From a virus (lineage: Duplodnaviria; Caudoviricetes): a stretch of DNA of 41,046 bases. Positions within the stretch are counted from its first letter, which is position 1. Each line of letters opens with the position of its first letter. Under the pieces are notes generated by a model. It saw nothing but the letters and a program-made list of their open reading frames with translations, searched no databases and was not told the DNA's origin. Below, piece by piece: positions 33,688-41,046 of this stretch. Made by a program: the position numbers and the translations under genes. The stretch spans positions 1-41,046 of IMG/VR virus record IMGVR_UViG_3300037044_000222; one strand, given 5' to 3'.

Positions 33688-36119
33688 GCCGGTTCCTCCC
33701 TTTCGACCCGCGTCTTGTGTGTCCCGCCGAAGTTCCGATCAAGGAACTCGCCCGCCTCGGCAAACGTGGCCGCGTACGGATCGGGGTGGCCCAGCTTTAC
33801 CAGCCACTTCACCTGCTTGGGCGTCGCCAGTCCCAGATCCCGCCGCGCGAAGAGGATCTCCAGGAGCTTGTTCGCATGCCCCTTGCAGGTCACCCGCTCC
33901 AGGCCAAAGCCCATCCGCTCCAACGCCGCCGCCTGCTTCGGGCTCACGGGCTCACGCTCCCAGGCCATGGTCGGTTCGTAGTCCAGCAACAGCGGGCTGC
34001 CCAGGCCGACCGCGAACTCGATGGCGTCCACCACCCGCATGTTGCGTTGGGCCTGCGCCGCCAGTTGCTCGGCCAGCTTCCGACGCCGCTCTTCGGTGGC
34101 CACCGCGTCCACTTCGAGCAGGTCCATCTGTTCACCCAGGGCGAGGACCTCGGTCATCGCCTGGTCCTGCTGCGGGGTCTGCGCAATCAGCCGGGCCGGC
34201 CGGATCAGGTCCATCGAGTCCGAGAGGAAGAGCGGATCGAGCACCAGCAGGTTCTCCTTCCCGGGGTGGATCCGCGTCCCTCGGCCGATCATCTGCGAGT
34301 AGAGGACCAGCGACTTGGTCGGCCGCAGCACCATGACGCAGTCCAGCGAGGGTTCGTCCCAGCCGGTGGTCAGCAGCGAGGCGTTGCAGATGATGTCCGC
34401 CCCCCGCCGCCGGAAGGTCTCCAACTCGCTCCGGTCCTCCCCATCCACATGCACCGCCCGTAGCCCGATCTCGCGGCAGGCCGCGACGAACCGCTTGCTG
34501 GTCTCGATCAGGGGCAGGAACACCACCGTCCGCCGGCCGCGCGCGTGCTCGGCCAGGATCTCGGCGCACTCGGCCAGGTGCGGCTCGATGGCATCACCCA
34601 GGTCCTCCTCTCGAAAGTCACCGCTGCGAGTCTTGACCGCGGACAAGTCCACTTGCACCGGCACCGACTGGATGACGATGCGGGCCAGGTAACCCTCCTT
34701 GATGAGTTCAACCAGGCTGATCTCGCACGGGATCGTCTGGTAAAAGGTCGCGAGCTGCTGTTTGTCCGAGCGGAACGGGGTGGCGGTGATCCCGATGACC
34801 TGGGCGGAGGCGAAGTGACCGAGCACGGCCTGCGCCTGGGTGCCGAGCGTATTCCGATGGCAGTTGTGGACAACAAACCCGTTGGCAACGTAGGTGTGCA
34901 GTCCTTCAACGGTCAGATTGAAGACCTCGACTTCACCGCTTCCAGCACCTGACTGGCAATGCTCAGCGGTGCCGCCAGCACCTCTCGGTTGGTAAACCTC
35001 AACAAGTACCACCCGCGCGACTCGAGGAACCCGACTTTCTTGGTATCCTGGGCGCGTCGGCTCCTGGCCTTGTGACTGGCGCCGTCCACCTCCACCGCCG
35101 TGCGTGTCACCGGATCGGCGAGGTCCAGTTTGTAGCAAGTCGGATAGCTGCAGCCGCGGGGCATCCTCGTCGGAACTGCATACTCCGTGCGCAAGCCCGT
35201 CAGCTCTGCCAAGAGCTTCTGGGCCCGCGTCGGACCGGTGCCATTCCCCCCACGAATCAGTGGTCGGTGCCCGATTTCCCGCAACCGGAGGCCAACCTTC
35301 TCCGCCACGCTGGGAGAGAACATCGGGTTGTGAACCTTCCGGTGCGCCGACATGAGCGCATTCTGGCAGTCGCGGGAACAGCACCACCGGGCGGTCGGAT
35401 TCCGCCTGTGCTGGGCTCGCTGGTTGGCGGTGGGAGCGAAGGGATTCCGACAATGATCGCACGTGACGCTCATCATAGACATAGATTTCATCTCCAGGTT
35501 CGATCAGGCCCGCCGGGGTCCAGCGGCACCGCGAAGGGCCGGTCTCCTGGACCACGGCAAAGGGATGGTTGATCGTTGCGGTCACAGTGAGTCCGCACGC
35601 CGTTCGCACCTTGACGAGCCGATCAACCGACGTGCGCTGGCGGATCACTCTCCGGATGCGCCGCCGCTCCATCGACCCGGTCGTCTCATTCCACGAGTCA
35701 ACGAGGTCTCCCGCACGGAGTGTCTCGATGGGCCTGCCATCCACACGCGTGCCCGCCGGAAAACACTCATCGACGATGACCAGGCTGAAGTAGTCCCGCG
35801 GCCATTTACCCAGACGTCGGGCCAGGCTCTGGGTCGTGGCCACCACCAGGCGGTCCCCTGGCTGGGCGTGTTCCTCCGCCATCTCGACCTGCGGGATCAC
35901 GCCGGCCCAGATCCCCAGCTTGTCGGCGGCCTGTTTGACCAACTCCTGCGCGTCGGCCAGGAACAGCACCGGACCAAAGGGCAGACACCGCCGGCAGATC
36001 TCGCCGGAAACTACGGTTTTCCCAGATCCGGTGGGGGCCACGCCCAGCACCCGGTCGAACTCGACCAAGGCGCCGAGCATGGCGTCCACGAAGCGGGGCT
36101 GGTAGGGACGGAGCTTCAC
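33675..36119 (-). CDS. SF2 DExH-box helicase precursor containing an intein
   Basis: LRPYQ, APTGSGKT, DE|CH after splicing, TATP, LTTGWDEP, QMIGRGTR motifs. Confidence 0.95.
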   Translation of the reverse strand: MKLRPYQPRFVDAMLGALVEFDRVLGVAPTGSGKTVVSGEICRRCLPFGPVLFLADAQELVKQAADKLGIWAGVIPQVEMAEEHAQPGDRLVVATTQSLARRLGKWPRDYFSLVIVDECFPAGTRVDGRPIETLRAGDLVDSWNETTGSMERRRIRRVIRQRTSVDRLVKVRTACGLTVTATINHPFAVVQETGPSRCRWTPAGLIEPGDEIYVYDERHVRSLSESLRSHRQPASPAQAESDRPVVLFPRLPECAHVGAPEGSQPDVLSQRGGEGWPPVAGNRAPTTDSWGEWHRSDAGPEALGRADGLAHGVCSSDEDAPRLQLSDLLQTGPRRSGDTHGGGGGRRQSQGQEPTRPGYQESRVPRVARVVLVEVYQPRGAGGTAEHCQSGAGSGEVEVFNLTVEGLHTYVANGFVVHNCHRNTLGTQAQAVLGHFASAQVIGITATPFRSDKQQLATFYQTIPCEISLVELIKEGYLARIVIQSVPVQVDLSAVKTRSGDFREEDLGDAIEPHLAECAEILAEHARGRRTVVFLPLIETSKRFVAACREIGLRAVHVDGEDRSELETFRRRGADIICNASLLTTGWDEPSLDCVMVLRPTKSLVLYSQMIGRGTRIHPGKENLLVLDPLFLSDSMDLIRPARLIAQTPQQDQAMTEVLALGEQMDLLEVDAVATEERRRKLAEQLAAQAQRNMRVVDAIEFAVGLGSPLLLDYEPTMAWEREPVSPKQAAALERMGFGLERVTCKGHANKLLEILFARRDLGLATPKQVKWLVKLGHPDPYAATFAEAGEFLDRNFGGTHKTRVEREEPAWAA
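34863..35765 (-). mobile_element. Intein (301 aa) inserted in helicase motif II
   Basis: Block A CFPAGTRV, block B TINHPF, block F/G VFNLTVEGLHTYVANGFVVHN followed by Cys+1. Confidence 0.95.
34913..35491 (-). CDS. Zn-finger + Vsr/DUF559-type endonuclease nested in the intein in the +1 frame
   Basis: CDHC...CCSRDC, NPM motif, YKLDLA...AVEVDGASH...D..K..FLESRGW.LLRFTN.EV; GGAG 9 nt before the ATG at 35482. Confidence 0.88.
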   Translation of the reverse strand: MKSMSMMSVTCDHCRNPFAPTANQRAQHRRNPTARWCCSRDCQNALMSAHRKVHNPMFSPSVAEKVGLRLREIGHRPLIRGGNGTGPTRAQKLLAELTGLRTEYAVPTRMPRGCSYPTCYKLDLADPVTRTAVEVDGASHKARSRRAQDTKKVGFLESRGWYLLRFTNREVLAAPLSIASQVLEAVKSRSSI

Positions 36120-36120
36120 C

Positions 36121-36513
36121 TCAGTTCGCGGAGGGCTTGCCCTTCCGCAACTTGGCCACCGCCGCCTTCATGACGCCCAGCGGCGCCGTGGCCGAGCCGT
36201 GCGGTGTCTTGATCGTGACCTTGGTCTGGTCGGTCTCCCCCTCCAAGGGCAGGAGCGGCTGGTCCGGGTCCGGGATCGACGCCACGGCACTGAGCCGATG
36301 ACGGATGCCGAAGGTCAGGTCGTGCTCCGCGTTGTTCTTGTCCAGGTCCAGCGTGATCGCGAAGGTCAGGCGCAGCTTGGGCTTCTGCTCCTGGACCTGC
36401 GCCTCCTCGAGGCACGCCGCCCACGCGGCCAGGATGTCTTCCTCACCCTCCCGGACGAGGGCCTTCAGATTGTCCGCCGCCTGGTCGGCGATGGCTTGGA
36501 GTTTTGGACTCAT
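36121..36513 (-). CDS. Hypothetical protein (130 aa)
   Basis: Tight spacing to both neighbours, typical codon bias. Confidence 0.75.
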   Translation of the reverse strand: MSPKLQAIADQAADNLKALVREGEEDILAAWAACLEEAQVQEQKPKLRLTFAITLDLDKNNAEHDLTFGIRHRLSAVASIPDPDQPLLPLEGETDQTKVTIKTPHGSATAPLGVMKAAVAKLRKGKPSAN

Positions 36514-36515
36514 GG

Positions 36516-36971
36516 TCAGAAGGGGATGTCGTCGTCGTCGTCAGGTGCCGGGGCGACCGAGGGGACCGCGGCGGGTGCCGCTTTCGGTTGACCCTGCAAG
36601 AGGGACCGCGCCCTTCCGGTGAGCATCGACAGGAACGCCTTGTCGGCGGCCTTGGCCTGCTCCGGGTTGATCCAGCGCACCCGGACCTTCAGACCGAAAC
36701 CGTCGTCTTCCTCCTCGGCCACGATCGAACACCGCTTGCCCACGAGCTGGCGGCTGATCGTGTCGAAGTCCCCGTCGAAGCCGAACGCCTCGCTGAGGGC
36801 CTTGAGCGTCCGCTCGAACGCTTTTTCGCTCAGGTACAGGTAGGCGTCGGTCATCTCCCGCTCGTCGGTGCGCAGGAGCAGGAACACATAGGGGGTTCCG
36901 GTCTGGGCGGTGCCGATGCTGCATTCCATCACGGTGGCCTTGTAGCGGCCGGGCATCTTCAGGTTAGGCAT
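36516..36971 (-). CDS. Phage single-stranded DNA-binding protein (DUF669-like)
   Basis: PGRYKA.V, LVGKRC, acidic DDDDDIPF tail. Confidence 0.82.
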   Translation of the reverse strand: MPNLKMPGRYKATVMECSIGTAQTGTPYVFLLLRTDEREMTDAYLYLSEKAFERTLKALSEAFGFDGDFDTISRQLVGKRCSIVAEEEDDGFGLKVRVRWINPEQAKAADKAFLSMLTGRARSLLQGQPKAAPAAVPSVAPAPDDDDDIPF

Positions 36972-37638
36972 GGGTGGTCCTTACGGTGGCGACCGGGGCG
37001 GTGGTCACCCGCACCCCGGGCAGTTCCTTGGTGGTCAGGAGCGCCTCTTTGATGGCGGCGATCCTGGGTTTGAGTTCAACCAGGTCCGGCCGCGCCGCGT
37101 AAAGCGCCGCCGGATTGAAGACTTCGATGGTGATCGCGCTGCGCAGGCCGGTGCCCGCGATCTTCAACGGGGCCGCCTGCGCGACCGCGTCGTTGGTTTC
37201 CTGCACCGCCGCACGGATGAGCTCCGCGGCCTTCTCGTCATCCGGTTCCTTCGCCGCCGCCGCGATCCGGGCCGCTTCCTCCGCCCGGGCCTTGGCCTCG
37301 ACCTCGGCCTGGAGCCGGCGCTGCTGGTCCAGCCAACCGCCGAGCAACCGCTGGAGCCGCAGGACCTCCGGTGCGAGCGGATCGGTGATCTTCCTGGCCA
37401 CCCCGTCAATGGACCGGCCCAGTTCGAGCACCGGCGCCTTGACCTCGGTGCGGGACTTCTCCACCCCGCGCGTCAGGCTCACCGCCTCGGCGAGCACCCC
37501 GCCCGCGCAGTCGGCGTCCATCTGGTCCTCAATCCCGAGGATGGCGCGGCATTCGGCGAGCACGGTGTCGCGCTTCACCAGGATCTCAGCCACCGGCGAG
37601 AACGTCGGCAGGTCGCCGACGCGAACCAGGGCGTTCAC
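36964..37638 (-). CDS. Coiled-coil recombination-module protein (Gam/Gp157-like)
   Basis: GTGA-coupled; EKSR.EVK.P, IKEAL...ELPGVRV motifs. Confidence 0.65.
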   Translation of the reverse strand: MNALVRVGDLPTFSPVAEILVKRDTVLAECRAILGIEDQMDADCAGGVLAEAVSLTRGVEKSRTEVKAPVLELGRSIDGVARKITDPLAPEVLRLQRLLGGWLDQQRRLQAEVEAKARAEEAARIAAAAKEPDDEKAAELIRAAVQETNDAVAQAAPLKIAGTGLRSAITIEVFNPAALYAARPDLVELKPRIAAIKEALLTTKELPGVRVTTAPVATVRTTHA

Positions 37639-38870
37639 TTGACACCTCCCATCGGCGGGATGCCCGACGCCCGCGCAAACCGCTCCGGTCGGACCTCGAT
37701 GGCGGTGGCCCTCTCCTTGGCAAGCTGGCGCCAGGTCTGATCGGGTTCGACCCACTTGATCCGCCGCAGGTAGCCGTTGACCTCGTCCTCGTTGGCCCCG
37801 AACCACTCGGCCAGGGCTGCCGGGACCACACACGCCGCCGGGGGCGTGGCAGGGGACGGGTCGCTCAGGTTTGGCGGACTGACCTTCGGCTCCTCGAAGC
37901 CCGCGCCCGGAGTCGCCGGCTCCTGCTGAGCGGCCAGCGCGTTCATCTGCTCCTGGACCTTCGCCACGAGCTTCTGCGCCTGCTCCTCGGTCAACTCGGC
38001 GAACGTGCTGCCCGTGCACCCCGTCCACTGAACGGCCTTGGGGACCGCGCTGGGGCTCTTGCCCAGGCCGATCCAGTACCGTTCGAGCTTGGCGAGCGTT
38101 TCGGGCGTGATCCCCTGGGCCGGGACGGGCGCAGACGCGGGAGCGGCTGGCGCCGGTTCGGATTTCTTGTCCGGGATCCCCGGCGAGGCCACCGCCCCTT
38201 TGAGCCACTCGGCCAACAGCCGGCCCTCGACTTCGGTCAACTCCACCGTCTTGCTGTCGAAGAGCCGGGTCCGGTCCTTCGAGGCCATCGCCCGGTGCGA
38301 GGCGTCCAGGTCCCATACCAGCGTGAACTCGTACTCCGTGCCGTCGCGGGTGATCGGCGCCAGCCCGACTTTCTTGGGCACCATCTTCCCCTTCTCGTTG
38401 GGCTCCAAAACGTAGTCCGTCTTCGAGCGCAGACAGGCGATGACGTGCAGTTTCGAGTTGAGCAGGGCGCTGATGACCGCGCGCCACTTCTCTCCCGCCG
38501 CGGCCCAGTTCGAGAACCCACTGCCGCCCCGCCGGTCCAGGGCGTCCTTGTACTCCAGGACGGCCTCCCAGGCGTGCGAGAGCGTGTCCACGATCAGGGC
38601 ATCGAACCCCTGGGCCTCCGCCGACTTGATGGCCTCGGCGAAGGTCGGCGCGTCGTAGGGCGGGTCGAGGTTCAAGGCCTCGAACGTGTGCTGGTCGGCG
38701 TAGAGGGACGCGCTGCGGTGCTCGGTGTCGATCACCCCGATCCGGCCCTGGGGCCCGACCAGCCCCCGGGCGAGGCGCAGCGCGGCCGTGGTTTTCCCCG
38801 AGCCCGAGGGCCCGGTGACCGCCAGCTTCAGGCTGACGGTGTCTTTCTTGGCGGGGGTGAACGTCAGCAT
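37635..38870 (-). CDS. AAA ATPase (AAA_24/Sak4-like)
   Basis: GPSGSGKT, VIDTE, IVDTLSH.W, EYEF, SKDRT motifs. Confidence 0.88.
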   Translation of the reverse strand: MLTFTPAKKDTVSLKLAVTGPSGSGKTTAALRLARGLVGPQGRIGVIDTEHRSASLYADQHTFEALNLDPPYDAPTFAEAIKSAEAQGFDALIVDTLSHAWEAVLEYKDALDRRGGSGFSNWAAAGEKWRAVISALLNSKLHVIACLRSKTDYVLEPNEKGKMVPKKVGLAPITRDGTEYEFTLVWDLDASHRAMASKDRTRLFDSKTVELTEVEGRLLAEWLKGAVASPGIPDKKSEPAPAAPASAPVPAQGITPETLAKLERYWIGLGKSPSAVPKAVQWTGCTGSTFAELTEEQAQKLVAKVQEQMNALAAQQEPATPGAGFEEPKVSPPNLSDPSPATPPAACVVPAALAEWFGANEDEVNGYLRRIKWVEPDQTWRQLAKERATAIEVRPERFARASGIPPMGGVK

Positions 38871-39106
38871 GACGGGACCCTCCGGTTCCTTTTGGGTTTC
38901 ATGGTTTGGTAACTGGACCGGTTCAGCCGGTCCAAAATCGTGGGCGCATGGAAGCGGAGCACCCGGTCGTTGAGCCGGACCACCGGCACCCGCCCTTCCC
39001 GCACCATGCGCAGCAGCGTGGGCTTCTTGATGCCGATCCAGGCCGCGCACTGTTCGGGCGTCAGGAGCACCGCGGGCTCAGGGGCGGGTGGGGCTGGGGC
39101 AGTCAT
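38864..39106 (-). CDS. Excisionase-like HTH protein
   Basis: LLTPEQCAAWIGI...TL.RMVREGRVP.VRL...LRF. Confidence 0.85.
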   Translation of the reverse strand: MTAPAPPAPEPAVLLTPEQCAAWIGIKKPTLLRMVREGRVPVVRLNDRVLRFHAPTILDRLNRSSYQTMKPKRNRRVPSC

Positions 39107-39288
39107 GAGGTAGCGAGGGGTTCCGAGCCACGCGAGGCCTCAGGGCGGCTGGCCAGGACCAATTCGGCGACCATGCCGCTGATCGAGCGACGATTCGCAC
39201 TGGCCAGCCGGAACAGGCGCCGCTTCACCGAGAGCGGCACGTACAGGTTGAGCTTGACGCCTTCTTTGATGGTGCGTGGTCGGGCCAT
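39103..39288 (-). CDS. Ribbon-helix-helix regulator (Cro position)
   Basis: KLNLYVP.SVKRRL..LA....RSISGMVAELV. Confidence 0.8.
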   Translation of the reverse strand: MARPRTIKEGVKLNLYVPLSVKRRLFRLASANRRSISGMVAELVLASRPEASRGSEPLATS

Positions 39289-39296
39289 GTGACGGG

Positions 39297-39364
39297 TTAA
39301 ATATGCGCATAATATGCGCTCTTCAACTTAAAACTCGCTCCCAACAGTTTTTGGCGTATAAAAT
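39297..39364. promoter_or_regulatory. Divergent promoter/operator region
   Basis: AT-rich; AATATGCGC twice (39300, 39311), palindrome TATGCGCATA, TATAAAAT just upstream of the GTG at 39371. Confidence 0.6.
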
Positions 39365-39370
39365 GCCCCC

Positions 39371-39595
39371 GTGAGGCCGAAGATTAAGAATGCCGTGCGC
39401 TTGAACGTCTACCTGGACCGGGCCGTCGTGGACGCGCTGGACCGCGCCTCCGCCCAGCGCAAGCTCTCCCGCTCCGCCCTCATCGAGGAGTTGGTCAATT
39501 CCGCCCCAGCTCGCTCGGCCGCAGACGAGGCAGCCTCCGTGGCCGCGCGGAGGGCGGTTGCGAAAGTACGTGGGCGGAAACCTGGAGCTGCCTGA
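39371..39595 (+). CDS. Ribbon-helix-helix (CopG-like) regulator (repressor position)
   Basis: RLNVYLD..VVDALD..S....LSRSALIEELV; the only plus-strand gene in the prophage. Confidence 0.82.
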   Translation: MRPKIKNAVRLNVYLDRAVVDALDRASAQRKLSRSALIEELVNSAPARSAADEAASVAARRAVAKVRGRKPGAA

Positions 39596-39704
39596 CCCAC
39601 CGGGCGAGCTTCTGCGCCATCTCCACGCGCTCCCGCGGGTCCAGATGACCCGCGATCTCCTCAAGCTCCGGTTCCATCCGGACGCGAACAACGACTTTCG
39701 TCAT
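39495..39704 (-). CDS. Hypothetical protein (69 aa) overlapping the repressor antisense
   Basis: Protein-like N-terminal 47 aa with high G/C at third positions. Confidence 0.5.
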   Translation of the reverse strand: MTKVVVRVRMEPELEEIAGHLDPRERVEMAQKLARWVRQLQVSAHVLSQPPSARPRRLPRLRPSELGRN

Positions 39705-39873
39705 GACCCTTCTCCGACCCAGCCCGGCGGTTTCGCAGGATGCTCAAGGTTCTCGCCGTGCCTGCAAGTGAGGGTCGCACAGGGGGTGGGACATCTACGG
39801 GGTTACCCCACCACAAACTTACTCACAGGATGTGAATAACTAACGTGCCGGCAGGTGAGGACCGGGCGGTGGT

Positions 39874-41046
39874 TCAGGGCTGCGCCGCCGGGGCCGCCTC
39901 GGTGACCGGAGCGGCGGTTGGCCCCGGCCGGATGCCCCAGAACGCCACCGCCTCGTCACGGTCCACCAATTCCTGGTACGAGCGCAGCAGGATGCCCGGC
40001 GAGTTGCCGAGTTGCCGCGCCACCTTGCCCGCATCCTGGTGCAGCGCCAGCAGGTAACTCGCGGCGCTGTGGCGCAGGATGTCATGGGGCCACTCCTCCC
40101 AACGCATCGCCTCACGGAGACGGCGTTGGTAGTTCCTCCGAGAAGGGCGCGGCAAAGGGAGACGCGCGGACACAGCGCTGGCGGCCGTCAGCCATTCAAC
40201 CGCGGCCGGTTCGAGCGTGACGATCCGACGCCGCCTCACCTTGCTGGCGGCAGCATCCACGCTCACGTGGCCGCGTCCCAAGTTGACGTCCTCCCACTTG
40301 ATCTGGTCGCACTCTTCGGGACGCAGGCCGGCCAGCAACCCCAGGGCGACCCAGGCGAGCAGCGCGGGGACTTCCCGCCCGCAGGTCTCGAGGAGATTCG
40401 CCGCCTCGACCGGGGTGAGGATCTTCGGCGGTTGATGCTCCAACCGCGGGCGCGCAAGGGCCTCGCAGGGATTGGACCAAATCAATCCCGACCGCTGAGC
40501 GAAGCTGAACAAAGCGGACAACCGCCCCAGGTTGGAGGCTCGTGTCGACGGGGCGCAGGGTCGCGCCGTGAACCATTGCTCAATCTCCCGGGGGCCGATG
40601 GATTGGATCGGTGTGCTCTCACGGCCACGTGCGAAACTCGTCAAGTACGCTGCCAAACCGTCGACGTAGCGATCGCGCAAGTTCTCCGCCCGCTTCGCCT
40701 CGACACAGCGCATGATGACCTGCTCAAGTGTGGAATCGGCGTTGGGCTCGATGGCGGCCGTCCCCCGGGGTCTGACGTTCGCGCGGCGCCAGAACTCCCA
40801 CACCTCCTGCAGCGTGCACCCCGCCTCACGGATTTCTGCGAGCACCAAGTCGCTCTCCGCTCGCTGACGATTCGTGAGCGGCGCGGGCGTCGTGCTCGTC
40901 GCGAACGCGTGGCGAATCTCGCCGGCGGCCTGTTCGGCTGCTGCCGCGGTGGTGTAGAACTTCCGGCTCCGACGGCCGCGGTTCCGCACATCGACCACCC
41001 ATTCCACACGCCCTCGCCTGCGCTGTCTTCGTACCGTGACACTCAC
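39874..41046 (-). CDS. int: Tyrosine recombinase / integrase
   Basis: GLRPEE (R), SK, HDILRHS (xxLRH), LGNS, SYQ (Y); N-terminal arm-binding-like region. Confidence 0.95.
   Translation of the reverse strand: MSVTVRRQRRRGRVEWVVDVRNRGRRSRKFYTTAAAAEQAAGEIRHAFATSTTPAPLTNRQRAESDLVLAEIREAGCTLQEVWEFWRRANVRPRGTAAIEPNADSTLEQVIMRCVEAKRAENLRDRYVDGLAAYLTSFARGRESTPIQSIGPREIEQWFTARPCAPSTRASNLGRLSALFSFAQRSGLIWSNPCEALARPRLEHQPPKILTPVEAANLLETCGREVPALLAWVALGLLAGLRPEECDQIKWEDVNLGRGHVSVDAAASKVRRRRIVTLEPAAVEWLTAASAVSARLPLPRPSRRNYQRRLREAMRWEEWPHDILRHSAASYLLALHQDAGKVARQLGNSPGILLRSYQELVDRDEAVAFWGIRPGPTAAPVTEAAPAAQP

Larger units (their letters stand above)
1123..41046 (-). mobile_element. Temperate siphovirus-type prophage, near complete (att sites not identified)
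   Basis: Co-oriented, translationally coupled modules in canonical order: integrase, control, replication, packaging, head, tail. Confidence 0.95.

Noticed and set aside
39705-39873. attL/attR core or tRNA fragment
   Set aside because: No matching repeat at the left end of the window and no tRNA-like sequence seen

Overview
Almost the whole window (about 1.1-41.0 kb) is a single, apparently intact, high-GC temperate siphophage (prophage) read on the minus strand. From right to left it carries: a tyrosine integrase; a divergent pair of ribbon-helix-helix regulators; an excisionase; a recombination/replication module (AAA ATPase, SSB-like protein, intein-containing SF2 helicase, primase-helicase, RusA-like resolvase); a ParB-N/glycosyltransferase pair; an accessory cassette with its own duplicated promoters (amidoligase, Ntn amidotransferase, HExxH protein, P63C protein, XRE regulator); lambda-like packaging and head genes; and a long non-contractile tail with a GTA-like tip (DUF2460-like, BR0599, NlpC/P60, tip protein, collagen-containing fibre). 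The first 1.1 kb is lower-GC flanking DNA with a 5x20-bp tandem array between two divergent sigma54-like sites. The most striking signal is dual coding. The helicase intein keeps its own frame open while a complete Zn-finger/Vsr(DUF559)-type endonuclease gene is nested inside it in the +1 frame. The RusA-like resolvase appears split between two overlapping frames in a similar way. All family assignments come from motifs read by eye; no database search was run.
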